A DNA stretch of 64,000 nt from Basidiobolus meristosporus CBS 931.73. Its lineage: Eukaryota > Fungi > Basidiobolomycota. Numbering within the stretch: the stretch's first letter is position 1; every line of letters begins with the position of its first letter. The position numbers and the translations under genes were made by a program. Shown here piece after piece: positions 12,059 to 24,194 of this stretch. The notes under the pieces were generated by a model, which saw nothing but the letters and a program-made list of their open reading frames with translations, did no database searches and was not told where the DNA came from. The stretch spans positions 60,252 to 124,251 of the forward strand of contig MCFE01000219.1 in the NCBI GenBank assembly GCA_002104905.1, given 5' to 3'.

Positions 12059-12700
12059 TTAGCAGCCTTTACACATTGGGTGACCAAGGTTGCGACTGCG
12101 TGAAAACTCAACCTTGGTGTCTGTAACATGAGCGGCAGTACAAGTTTTGCAAGCTAATCTACGGCTCTTTGAGCCATAACCTTTACTCATCGACAGGTAA
12201 GTGTGGTTTTCAACACTTCCGAGTTGCCTCTGACTACCTGGGGACCCTTGATGTCTGAACCGGCCAAATTCTTACAATATTGCAAGTAATTGTATAATAA
12301 AACATCCTTGAAAGAGGAATGAGATACGCCACGCTTTTGATAAGAAAATGTACGATAAGATCTATAGGCATTGGCTTCACGGATACCCAGGATGAAACCG
12401 TAGAAACGCATCTCCTATCTTTCTGTAGATATATCATCATGGTAAGATGTCAAATTATCTCGAAGATTATTAGCAGCACCAACCGAACCTACAAATATAG
12501 TAAATGGAGCACATGTTGTTTCTTCAAGACAGGATTCTACTTACTTTTATGGGCCTCATATTCTTCAACCACTTCAGGCCGCTGAATGGTTATCACTTCA
12601 CCATTATCCCCTACAAAAGCTCTCCATCCAGCAAGCCTTGTTGTGCTGCATGAAGAAACAAATGACCTTGGTAAATTAAGCATGCAGAATATGCTCAGTA
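12059..12700 (-). mobile_element. Decayed piggyBac-like transposase, C-terminal part, with one intron (12489-12544)
   Basis: Spliced translation: RSFVSSCSTTRLAG...TIQRPEVVEEYEAHKS|SVGAANNLRDNLTSYHD...R*EMRFYGFILGIREANAYR, followed after a frame disruption by the Cys-rich tail RRLACKTC...PMCKGC*. This resembles the piggyBac P-x-V-x-x-Y...VD segment and C-terminal cysteine-rich domain. The intron is GTAAGT...TTGTAG, 56 nt. Confidence 0.7.
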
Positions 12701-13469
12701 AGGCTCCAAGAGCACGTGAGCGAAGTTAAGGGGGGTTGTTGGTAATTGACATTTTGGGGAAGATATTCCAAGTCGGTCCCAACAGTGAACTTGGCCAGGG
12801 AATAATAAAGCTTATAGACTGGGTCAGTAATATTAGTATCAGTATCTCTACAAAGCCTGCGGATGCTTATTTTATGAAACAAACCTTAGTTCAATAGTCG
12901 ATATTCCAGCTCTTAGTTTAAAGTGCAAACGAGATAATTTCAACACATGATTCCTTAATATACTTGTAAACAAACTTGGCTATTACTATAACCAAGCTAG
13001 TTAGCATCTATGGAAGGATAACTTCAAACACAGTCTATAGCACAAACAATGAAAACTTTTATTAATATTAGCAGGGGACTCATCAGGTGTTCTCTAAACC
13101 AAGTTATGGAAAAGATCAAATGCCTCTACTCCCTTAACAACATATTTATCTTGATTGAGGGAACTTATGTGACCCAAAACATCCAATACTGAGTGACTAT
13201 TTTTCAAATTAATCCCATGATTTATGAGTTCCCCGAGAAGATTGGAGGGCCAAGTCTCCGATCTCCAATAGACTGGGCCATATTGAGGATCAATCAGAAT
13301 TGATAAAGTGTGCGAAGTTCGATCATCAGTTACGATATCAATCTGTTTGACTATTTAATGGCTTCTACTTACTGGCTATTGCAGTAGCAATTCTGGACTC
13401 TGAGATCACCGAATCGTTATCCAACATCAAATATACAGCAATATGCCTGAAGTGCCAATCCAACGCACC

Positions 13470-13850
13470 CAAATCACTCGGCCATATTGAATTACATTCA
13501 GGAAATGGCTACACGCAATTCTGGTGTAATATTGTTGTGATAGTGTATTAGAGCTTAGGCAATGGTGATCACTTGGTTTCAACTTGGGACCTTTTTCCCA
13601 CATGTTTTCCCACATTCCACCTTGGCACTATACACAGGATCTGCTACTTACAGGCGAGAAAGATCGCTTGTCGTGGGTAGTGTGAGAGAGTCTTAGAAAA
13701 TCACATTTCGTGGGGAAATCGGAGATTTCGGCGTCTGCCATGCACCAGACCGTGCGAATGGAGGCTGGCTGATGTCCTACCGAAATCTGCACTCTACAAG
13801 GTCACTCTCCGGTTACACACCTTTGATGCTCTCCTAGGCATTGAAGAGTC
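13470..13850 (+). pseudogene. Possible heavily decayed Ser/Thr protein kinase fragment
   Basis: Successive degenerate kinase-like segments across frameshifts: IVY*SLGNGDHL, ICYLQARKIACRG (cf. YLH..KIAHRD), ITFRGEIGDFGVC (DFG), WLMS/PTEIC, L*.SLGI (cf. DxWSLGI). Confidence 0.35.
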
Positions 13851-14579
13851 GCTGGATATATTGCTGTCGAATATCACTTGTATTTTAATACATCTACCAC
13901 ATGCTCCGGGGCTTGCCAGAGTTCCATATGTGGATCGTCCAATACCCAAATGTTAATCTCCAATCAACTATTTGTAGTACTAGGACCAGACTTGCACTCT
14001 ATTCTGATCACACCTCGCTATTGGTGGAAAAATCATGAATCATGCGACTCGCTAAATCTATCACAGGCGTTTGGGGCCTCGTAATGTTTAGTCAGCCTCA
14101 TGGGCTTTTCTTCATATTGCTATATATATATATTGGTCATAGATTTCTTTGGGGCCTTTTTGCTGTTGATAATGGATTCACCCTAATAAGTAAGCGTGCG
14201 TAGTTTCGGTCAGGTGAAAGTATCCCAGAATGTGATCATTCACCCAATGATCAGTGTATAATGATGACAAAATAGAGTTTGAGCAGCTGCTGTAACTTCA
14301 CCCAAAATCCTTGGCTTGAGGAGAGTGCGTCTGAACGGAATAAGTAATGCCGAATAGGTTGCTTCAATCATAATTATATCACCAAGTGCCACCCGCGTCT
14401 AAGCTATAAATTCCCCATGCTGCCGTTCAGGATCCTACAATTATCCGTGGCTTGTCTATTTTCCTTGGTTTTCTTAAAAAATTCTTTCATCAGCGTTTTG
14501 AAACATCTCCACTCTTGTTTCCCTACATTTCTGAATCCACAAAGCCAACCGTAGATTCGCTCTACATTGCAAGAAAATC

Positions 14580-15881
14580 ATGTCGAAAACTGACGAGAAA
14601 ACCGTTTCCTACGAGGACCCAGAGATAGCCTACGGTCCCAATGAAGAAACCGAGAGCGGAAGAACGAGCTCTTCGTTTGGAGCGTACTTTAATATTGTGT
14701 GTGTAATTGCTGGAATGGGTGTCCTTCAAATGGCCTATGCGTTCAACCAGGCTGGATGGTTTGGAGTCATTATTACCGTGTTTAGCTGCCTGCTTTGTAT
14801 CTACACCGGCCACCTTCTTATCAAATGCTTGTATTACGACGGAAAAACCAGACTGCAAGGCTACTCTGCCGTAGGCGAAGCGGCATTTGGAAAGTTCGGA
14901 CGATACATGGTGGAATTTTTCCTCCTGTGTTTCTATTTTGGCGTTGCCTGTATTTTCATCATATTGATTAGTCAAAATCTACAGGAGCTATTTGACCTTG
15001 TCAATGTGAATATCAACCTGAAAATTTGGACGATCATCGCAGCAGTGGTTATTTGGATACCTTTTGTAACCTTCAAGGCCATGAAGGAGGTAGAAATCCT
15101 CGCCTTGTTCGGTACTCTGGCGACCGTGTTCACCGTCATCGTGATCATCATCGTTGGCGTTGCAGACATGAGCAAGGTCGAGAACAAAGCCCAAACACAT
15201 ACCTTTATTAAGGCCTCCGGCCTCCCCATCGCATTGGCATCGATCAGTTTGTCTTTTGGTGGTAGCCCGGTGTTCCCGGCTGTAGAGAAGACTATGAAAC
15301 ATCCGAAATCCTGGACCAAGGTTCTTGCCTGTGCAATGGGCACAGCCTTGATCTTGTACACTCTCGCTGGCGTATTTGGCTACTTAGTCTATGGAGATTC
15401 GGTACAATCACCTATCTTCAAAAGTCTTCTCACCAAGGATACAGTGGGATTCACTGTTGGAGTCACCGTGGCGGCAATGATTGCCATGACATTCCATATT
15501 ATGTTTGCTGCACCCATTCTGTTGATCAGTTTCTCACTTGAAGTAGAGAAATGGCTCCGAATCAATGACAACTATATGACCAAGGCCAAGCAAATAGCCA
15601 GCAGGACTATCCTACGTACAGCACTGATGGTTGTCTTCTGCTTGGTATCCATGTTTGTGCCTGCTTTCGGAGATTTTATGTCCTTGGTTGGTGCGCTAAC
15701 AAACACCCAAATCATCTTCGTATTCCCTGCCATTTTCTTTATCAAGCTATATGGATGGAGAAACATCCGCTGGTACGAGATGATCTTGTGTATAATCATC
15801 ATAATTGTTGGAATGGTAAGTTGTGTCTTGGGTACGATAGATGCCATCAAAAACTTGAAATTGGCACTTGAAAAGATATAA
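14580..15881 (+). CDS. Transmembrane amino-acid transporter (Aa_trans / AAAP family, Avt-like), 433 aa
   Basis: Intronless ORF with about 11 hydrophobic helices. Motifs include SSFGAYFNIVCVIAGMGVLQMAYAFNQAGW, ISLSFGGSPVFPAVEKTMKHPKSW, GYLVYGDSV and PAFGDFMSLVGA. Confidence 0.95.
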   Translation: MSKTDEKTVSYEDPEIAYGPNEETESGRTSSSFGAYFNIVCVIAGMGVLQMAYAFNQAGWFGVIITVFSCLLCIYTGHLLIKCLYYDGKTRLQGYSAVGEAAFGKFGRYMVEFFLLCFYFGVACIFIILISQNLQELFDLVNVNINLKIWTIIAAVVIWIPFVTFKAMKEVEILALFGTLATVFTVIVIIIVGVADMSKVENKAQTHTFIKASGLPIALASISLSFGGSPVFPAVEKTMKHPKSWTKVLACAMGTALILYTLAGVFGYLVYGDSVQSPIFKSLLTKDTVGFTVGVTVAAMIAMTFHIMFAAPILLISFSLEVEKWLRINDNYMTKAKQIASRTILRTALMVVFCLVSMFVPAFGDFMSLVGALTNTQIIFVFPAIFFIKLYGWRNIRWYEMILCIIIIIVGMVSCVLGTIDAIKNLKLALEKI

Positions 15882-18769
15882 AGAGATTTTCCCTTTTTGT
15901 CGGCCCTCCACATCCACATCCACACTCCATTCAAATCCGCTACTTGTAACCACGGTAATAGTTTACCCACCTTCAATTCGTTTTATGCACCATTTTGACA
16001 TCTGTATAGTACTATGCCTATTAAAACCAGTTCTGCACTCTATAAACAACAATTGATTTGACCCGCGAACTTTGAGGTTTCATCGGATACTTGCTAGGAT
16101 TCGACGCAGCTAATCGGAGTTTATCTGATATTACAAGTTCCGTGGAGCCTTTTATTAGCATTAACTGGCCAAAGATGGAATTGGTGTGGTCACACACTGA
16201 CATTTCGAATCAGCCGCGTGCGTCCCGGAAGTGGTGGTGTTTTGGCCATAATCACCTATGCTACGTCCCACTGTAGCTACCAGGGAATAAACTATCCCGC
16301 TAGACTAAGTGGGCATTTGCCTTCTCTTAACCAATATGTGCAATTGGAGATCTATTGCTGAACTCGTAGATGTCTGTTGCAACCAAGAACGATGCCGATG
16401 CACACTTGCCGGCAGAATACAAAATCACAAGTCACGGATTTGTACTTCTCAAGTCGCATGATCTGTAACGAAAAGATTTCTAAATTCGGCATATCGACTG
16501 GCCATATATCTCGGAGGAGCAAGTGGAACTGAACAGCCCTTCCGAATAAGGAATATTTTCTAGGGTTCAAGATCAGAACGATCTAGTATCTATGCATGTT
16601 AATCATTACTTGTAATGCTGGGTATCCCAACAAATAGAATCGCCGCTCGGTTGGTTGAATGACATGGCATGAGCCATGCTTTCTCCCTCCTTCGGATAAG
16701 AGTCGATCATCCACGCATCCCTTCCGGTTTGCTGGTGAAATAGGCATTTCATCGGTTGAGCTTGGCTCAGTATGTTAGTTGCTGTAGCCATCACTACAGC
16801 TCACATGGCACATGATGTGTCAGAGAGAATCGCATTTTGTATATCCATCATGTAGAGTTGGGAACTCCAACGTATTTGTGATGATGCTGATTATTTCATA
16901 TCTTCACATCTTACCGAAAACGGTATTCTCTCAGTTACATATACTCTGCTATTTTAAACGCAACGCTCGCAGAGCCAGCCCATGATGACCCCTAGATTAT
17001 GTCACCAACGTTAAACTGCGTTAGCATTCATTGTTGGCCATTGGCGATATCAGAAAAGCGCTCTGGGCACATATGACGGTATGTTTGTAGCATTGTTTTA
17101 GATTACGTGAGGCCCTGATATACCTGCTCCTAAACATGGTTTCTGGGTTTGACATGCGTTGGATCCAGAACAACATGAATGAGAGGGTTTATGTCACGTT
17201 GTTAGAGATGCGAGAGGAAATATGTATGTGAGATATACCACTCCTCAGTGGCGGTTGGTTTTGTATTGATGAAACTCGAAAGTATGGGGTTGTGAGAATT
17301 TGGATGGTAATGGAAAATATTCGCTTTATGATATGCTGCATGAAAACGCCATGATTTTGTATGTGGTACCACTGTATGGACTATTGGTCAGGTGGATCTG
17401 TAGCACACACTGGATGCATTTCTGCCTCAGCCCATTGCCCAGTGCTAATAGTCACGGGATGCATAGACGTTTCGAATCTACTCCATTGCATGGTTGGTAG
17501 TTGCCAAGGTGAAATGTAAATGATCTATTGCTTTTTTCATACTGCCCCAATTTCGAAGTATTATGGTATTTCCACAACCACGAAATGTAATGTTTGATCG
17601 ATTGTTTCGATCATTGTCACTCTAACGTTTGGAAAGCACTACAAGATGGGGTGCAAGATCTATTGGTACTGCTTGAGCATTTTGGAGATTTGTTAGTACG
17701 GTTACATTATGGGACTCCAGCAACTACTCTTGATCAACACACCTATCTATTTTACACTTGAATTCGAGCTGTAAATGGGTATAGATGATTTATGATTAAA
17801 TATCGATTGAAATAAAACAAATAACAGCAATAACCCTTAACACTTTTCAGAGACCTTTCATACCATAGCTGTGAAACCGGTATTTTCAATATCCACCAAA
17901 CGAGCAGATACCTTTTTCTCGTTAGGCAAAAAACCTTTCTCTAAATATTGCAAGCTGCCAGGTTCTCTCACCTATTTATTTCAGAATACACCCCTCTCTG
18001 CTATTGATCCAAATGGCTCCCAGATTTCAATTTCATTGGTAACATATAGCAGCAACATCAGCCAGCTTACAAGAATACTACTTGATTTACTATTTTATTT
18101 CCAGAGCTGGCATAAAAATGTTGCACCAAATATGAAATCAAGACAGAAACAATTGGTGCTAGCAAATATCCTCCGAACCCTTCAATAACGCTATTCATAT
18201 TTAGCATATCGAAGTGCACCTAAGGTTGTCCATCTTGCCTTTAGTCACTAACAATGTTCTCAACTGTCGCTTATGTCTATTTATCCACGTTTATGGAAGT
18301 ACTGTGATGTCAAGATTCGGTAGTACGTGTGACGCGTGCAAAAACCATATATTTCTGAAAAATATCGATTAGCTTTAAATAAATCATACATTCCGCATTC
18401 ACGTAACAGTACGTGATATAGCAAGTTTTACTGGAGTTTGGGCAATGAATCAGATTAGCGGAATACGTACCAGATGAAGCTACATTATCCTCCATACTAA
18501 ATGGTGCAAAATACACATCCACTGTTTCTGATGGCTATTTATTGAATGTTGGACAAACACTATTTGGTGGCTTAGATAAGAAAGTACCGAACACAAATAT
18601 TAAGCCTGATTTTGAGGAATGCCATCAAATTTTCACGGAGTCCTCCAAGAAAGGATTAGGAAGTAACGATGTGCTAGTTGAGCAATTGAAATTGATTCTC
18701 GAATTGGGACTAACAGTGCTGAAACTCAATTCCTATACCTTTCATTGAACCGCTCCCACCCATATTACT

Positions 18770-19887
18770 ATGGAGAGATTAAAGGAAGTAAGTCTGAAAT
18801 TGACAATGCTGGGAGACGGAGAGATATAACTACTCTTCTTTGAATTTTGTTTCCCTATTGCTATCCACTCCTCACATCCAGTCATTAAATACTGCTCTCT
18901 CATTAGAGAATCAATACTCTTCGTGATGAGGTGCACACAGCCACTGCCCGTGCGGAAGAGGCCGAAATCCAACTCAAAAGACTAAAGGAGATGCAGATTG
19001 ATCGAGAGCAGGAAACAACTAGCTTTAATAAGAAGATCCAGCTACTGGAGGAACAGCTAGAGAAAGCCCAACAAAGATTGGTCGAGTCCAAAGCCTCTCA
19101 TGAGGAAACTAAGGACCATCGTAACTTGAACGATACTCTTGAAAAAAGGCTCAAAATGATGGAAACAACCTTGGAGAAAACCGAAAACGAGCTTAAAGAG
19201 ACGACTGAAAAGTGGGCAATTGTTCTACCAAATTTCAACATGGCCTCATTGACCAATTGAAATCTGTAGGATTCGCGATATTGATTTGAGGACTGAGCAA
19301 GCTGAACGCAGGGTGCAACAGCTTGGGGGTGAGAAGTCGATCCTAGAAGCAAAGTGTGCACTCTATTTCCATTACTGGCAGATGGATTCTAATCACCTGA
19401 AATCAAATAGACTTCTAGAGTTGCCTCACACCAATGTGGGTGCTCGCGAGCGTGATCAGGAACTTATCGATCTACAAGACATGCTGGATATGTTGCAAGG
19501 TGAGCTCAACGACGCCGAGGAAAAACTGGAAAACGCGAAATCCTCGAGAGCAGATGAGGACCAGAATAAATCCGAGATTGAGTCCCGGGAAAAAAAGATC
19601 GGGTTGCTTCAGATTGAACTAGAACAGTCCAAAAATAAGCTGTATGAAGCCGAGGAAAAGTAAGTAATCAAACCGACGGGACTCCTTGCCTAACCCCTCA
19701 AATAACCTGGCATATATCCTCCAGAGCTCATTCCCTCGAAGCCAGATGTGAACAGCTAGAGTGTAGTATCATGCAGTTGGAAGGTGAGCGAGAGTCCGTA
19801 GAAAAGATATTGGAGGGCGCACGTGAGAAATACTCTAGAGTTCGCACAGAGCTAGACGAAACTCTGAGGATAATTGAGGAGTTGTAG
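18770..19887 (+). CDS. Tropomyosin-like coiled-coil protein with internal duplication (272 aa if all 5 exons are used)
   Basis: Exons 18770-18787, 18907-19211, 19270-19353, 19411-19659 and 19725-19887, all GT-AG, total 819 nt. The N-terminus MERLKERINTLRDEVHTATARAEEAE and C-terminus KYSRVRTELDETLRIIEEL resemble fungal tropomyosin (Cdc8/Tpm2 type). Confidence 0.85.
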
Positions 19888-21029
19888 AAGTAGCCGCTAT
19901 GTAATGCTCATGATAACAACTTAATGTAATTCAACCCCCTGCTCTGGGTATCATATGATGTATTTGATCGTGGTCGTATAGAACACACAGGTTAGTCCAT
20001 GGCGACTATTGTTTGATACGGCCAGATATGCTCCACCCGCATGGTCAAGTGTAGAAGACTAAATTAAAGCCATCTGTATCCAAATCTTTGTTATGGTGTA
20101 TTATCGCGTTAGTACCCGTTCAACAGGCGGCACACCTTGCGTTTGCTGTAGATGTTTACACCCAAATCATTTATATACCTAAAGACTTGAATTAGCTTAT
20201 CGCCAAATTAACAGCTATTTACCTGAGATCTAGTTCGTAAGATTTCAGATAATTCTTAAAATTAGTTAAGTACTTCATTTGAACTCGATAAAGATAAATC
20301 AACAAGAGAATACCATGCAATTCTTCTAGTTCCCCAAATCACCTCCAATACTCCCTAGAATCTTGCAACATATATCAGAGTAAACGCGTGCTTCAAGCCT
20401 GCACAGTACTGTTAGGATGTTATTACATGCCTAAGAAACACCCCCAGATATCCTCACAGCTCAGGTCATATTTTTTGGTTTACATAGATTTGCAGGATAT
20501 CATCTTAGTATCTTATATGGAAGCCAGCCCCTTAATTTGGCTGTTAGGATTTTACTCAATATATAGCTTATCAAATGTTATATTTGATATTCAGGCTCCA
20601 TAACTAGCTTCCTCAGTACCTCTTTACTACTACTACCCTAAGAGAAATAATAACCAAAAGTCAGAACAATGCCTGCAAAACTTCAGCAGAAAGCCAAGTC
20701 TCCTTGGAGTTGCAACTCTCAATCTCAGAGGTTTTCAGCCTTCCTGAGGACAAGTTGTCATATTTCCTTGAGGGTGTTGGTAGCAACCAGCTCACTTACT
20801 CTAGTGATATTTATACCAAAAAAAAATGATTGAAAAATGCCAGCAGAATGCCATATAAATCCAAGTTTGATATTCTTGATAGGGTGCTACCTATACTACA
20901 GCTGGCCTAAGTTGTAATTAGAGACAACATAGTGTGCCTAAAAGAAAATACGTTTTCACCACTAGGTCTATGACATAGCACATCATTTCTATACTTCATG
21001 TGGTGCTCAAAACTTAGTACAGGTATGTG

Positions 21030-21352
21030 TGCTGTAAGAGTCCCAGAGATGTTGGAAGTGATTAAGAGAATAACTAGATTATGTGATTTCACTTGACAAT
21101 TTATTGAATGTAAAAGTGGCATTTATACTGTTATATGATTTTGGTAAAGTGGACACATACAATATACTCAGAAATGTCCCAGGAGCATGTGGGCAAGGTT
21201 TGAGGCTTTTGACAACCCTGAGAGTTTTCATGTCTTGGGTACCTATCAATTTGATAAAATATTCCAAGAAAATCGCAACAGATACCAAGATTCATAAGCT
21301 ATAACCCAAGTGACCAAGTTAAGGTGAATGCCAATTTGAGGCTCTTTCTACA
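21030..21352 (-). mobile_element. Diverged solo LTR of the copia family
   Basis: Starts tgctgtaagagtc and aligns along its length with the reverse complement of the 349-bp family LTR. Confidence 0.8.
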
Positions 21353-21731
21353 ATATAATTCTCAGTGATAAGGATAATATAAGTATCAATTGACCAAGTA
21401 CAAGATCACAATATACGAGTCATTAGAATAAATAATACCTATTTACAAATCATATCGAAAATATATATTGCGGAAGGGCTATCAAAAGAGTGGATTCGCC
21501 ACAAGGTCAAATATGCTTGGCTAATGTGGGATATGCTTTGAAATCTGTATGCGCGCCACTGGTACGCAAGTGAGGTTTTTGATCCAATCATATCAATGGC
21601 TTTGAAGTTAATCACGTAAACAATAACTACATTTACATGCTATTCGTTCAGCCAGCTCTATTCTATTAAATTTAGGTGGTTCACATTGTCCATGACTGCT
21701 ATTCCCTCATCAAATTTCCTACAGTCTACCA

Positions 21732-22130
21732 ATGTCAGGCAAAGCTGGTGGTAAAAGTGGTAAGGCAGTGAGTGGCGGCTCTAAATCGCGCTCCTCAAAG
21801 GCAGGCCTTCAGTTCCCTGTGGGACGTATCCATAGACATCTACGTAAGGGAAACTATTCCCAGCGTATTGCTGCCGGAGCCCCAGTTTATTTGGCCGCTG
21901 TGCTGGAGTATCTTGCGGCGGAGATCTTGGAACTGGCTGGCAACGCAGCTCGTGATAACAAGAAAACCAGAATCATACCGCGTCATCTTCAGCTGGCCAT
22001 CAGAAATGATGAGGAATTGAACAAACTATTATCAAACGTTACCATTGCGCAGGGCGGTGTACTGCCTAACATCCATGGCTCTTTGCTGCCCAAAAAAACC
22101 AAAAAAGAAGGAGAATCTCAGGAGCTTTAG
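21732..22130 (+). CDS. H2A: Histone H2A with C-terminal SQEL (H2A.X-type phospho-motif), 132 aa
   Basis: [17 protein letters not shown]...[51 protein letters not shown]...[12 protein letters not shown]...ESQEL; intronless. Confidence 0.97.
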   Translation: MSGKAGGKSGKAVSGGSKSRSSKAGLQFPVGRIHRHLRKGNYSQRIAAGAPVYLAAVLEYLAAEILELAGNAARDNKKTRIIPRHLQLAIRNDEELNKLLSNVTIAQGGVLPNIHGSLLPKKTKKEGESQEL

Positions 22131-23594
22131 AGACCTAATTGGTAGCTTCTCGCTTTTGGGGGCGTATATATGCACACAAGCTTGTGTGTCGGAAACCCAT
22201 TCGAGCACAACGTTAAACGAGTCCTGTATTGCAAAACAATTTTATTCTACATTAAATCCCGAAGGTTACACTCAACACTGACGTTTACATGTATAGCAAG
22301 TGTGTAAAAGTGCCTCTAGCTACCCACGGCAAAAATGACCTATTGTTGGAATATAACAACCTCGGCTTTCACACAGAATATCTTAAGGCGCACCATCTTC
22401 GATGGCTAACTGAACTACAATCCCATCATGCTTTATACAAATGTGATGATAAAGCTGGAATAGTAGAGTCAAGCCCACTCCGCAGAATAACAGCAACGTG
22501 TCCATCCTTTCGTTCTAGATATGGGATTTTTCTATTCTTGAATCTGTGCAAAAATAAACGTTGTATTGGGTCTTTGAATCGATCCACTGGACCGTTATAG
22601 AAACACAAACATTGGCCAACGGACCTCACCATGTGTCCACAGCAGAGTGCTCTAGTATGGAGTCGTGCCGATTGGCCAGTTGGCAAGGACCTACTTGCTT
22701 GATGCATGCCGAATCCATATATGACAATCTGAGCACTCTTGCGTGTCCATAAGCTGTGGTGGAGCTAATATGCGGCTGAATAAACGAAGAGAATCAATCA
22801 TGTAATCATGATTTTCCCAATTTTGGAAAAGGTGTGTCGATGACGCCTCACCCAAATTGCTATCTCGACAGTTAATTTCCCTAAACCACTGCTTGGTGCT
22901 GATTTGGGTAATCAACAACTCCTCCAAAAATCGTTGCCAAGAACAGCAGGTAATAGCCAAGAACAACAGGTAATGTGTCCGAGAGGGTCGGACTAAAGCC
23001 CGAATCAACGGCGCTGTTTCCCAAGCAATCGGTGCACCCCACTCATGGGTCACCTCAAGCTCGAGGAACATCTCTGAGCACATGTGCACCTGCTATCCCT
23101 GACCTGGTGATACTTTTCGTGAGTAAAATCAAGATAATTTCTTGGCAGTAAAGCAGGAGCAGGTATTTGATAGTTAGAAGCAATAGCAATGCTAAATCCA
23201 GCAGCCATCCCAAATCAGGTAATTGATGTCTGAATTTTGTAGTGAAAAACTCACAACAGCATGCGAGGGGAATTTGTCGTAGTAGAAGAATTATTACGGT
23301 CGGTCGCTCAAATTCGAATATTGCTAAAAACAGCATCATCATTCTTGGCATCTCATATGGGATTCACTAGTATCATCAATCCGAATTCCATTTTTGGGCG
23401 CATTTTGGGCCGATTGATGTGTGTTCCAGCAATTCGTATTGGCCATTCGCTTCCATGTTCACCAGTGAGGTTGGAGAAGATCGGGGAGGCCTGCAAGGCG
23501 CTTCAAATCTTATATAAGCGATGTTGGTCGACGGGAAAACTGCAATATCCGTCTGGATCTACTACACCTTTGAGGAGCTGAAGCCCTGATAATC

Positions 23595-24194
23595 ATGCCC
23601 CTTGAGAAACCCAGTAGATCTGTTTCACGAGTGGTGCCCAACGACACAACCGAGACGTTTCGGGTCATGTACCTTCATAAAGCGTCGAAGACAAGGCCGA
23701 GCTGCAACAGTCAATATTTAGTTAGTAGAAGCAAACAATGGTGGAGCGATACATTCACCATCCACGATTCCGCCTTCAGTCCCGAGGTCCTGTTTAGCGC
23801 AAGATGTATAAAAGGGACCAAAAAAATGAACATATGGAGTGTCCCATACGAGTTCCATACACAGATCGCTAAACCAACCAACAAGCGAGGCATGTACAGT
23901 TTCGATCTTCAGGGGAATAAATTCTGTTGGGACTACGAACCAAACCAACATCTCCGTTGCTTCGACGCTCGAGAAATGACCCTAGTAGCCCAGGTTTTCT
24001 GGGGAGAATCGTTGAGCTTTTCCGAGTCTAAGTCGTCGAAATCGTCCAAGTCGTCGACTTCCAGTTGCATTTCTCTGGAAGCAGACGAATATGTTTTTGA
24101 TGTGGTGGTCGTCTCAGGCCTCAAAGGCACGCAGTGTCTTTACCCAATGCTTACACTGACTAGTCTGATGATTTTGAAACCTTGGAAGAATTAG
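23595..24194 (+). CDS. Hypothetical protein, 199 aa (beta-rich; possibly tubby C-terminal-like / LURP-one-like fold)
   Basis: ATG-initiated ORF in CpG-normal DNA. The segment YSFDLQGNKFCWDYEPNQHLRCFDAREMTLVAQVFW resembles beta-barrel tubby-like families. The fold assignment is from memory only. Confidence 0.55.
   Translation: MPLEKPSRSVSRVVPNDTTETFRVMYLHKASKTRPSCNSQYLVSRSKQWWSDTFTIHDSAFSPEVLFSARCIKGTKKMNIWSVPYEFHTQIAKPTNKRGMYSFDLQGNKFCWDYEPNQHLRCFDAREMTLVAQVFWGESLSFSESKSSKSSKSSTSSCISLEADEYVFDVVVVSGLKGTQCLYPMLTLTSLMILKPWKN

Noticed and set aside
14562-15976. Long antisense ORFs over the permease, and likewise over the ATPase (49853-52246) and zinc-finger genes
   Set aside because: Shadow ORFs expected opposite well-supported coding sequences.
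22289-23581. Cluster of overlapping 60-130-aa ORFs and a 20-bp direct repeat near 22936-22975
   Set aside because: No coherent gene model or motif; the repeat has only two units.
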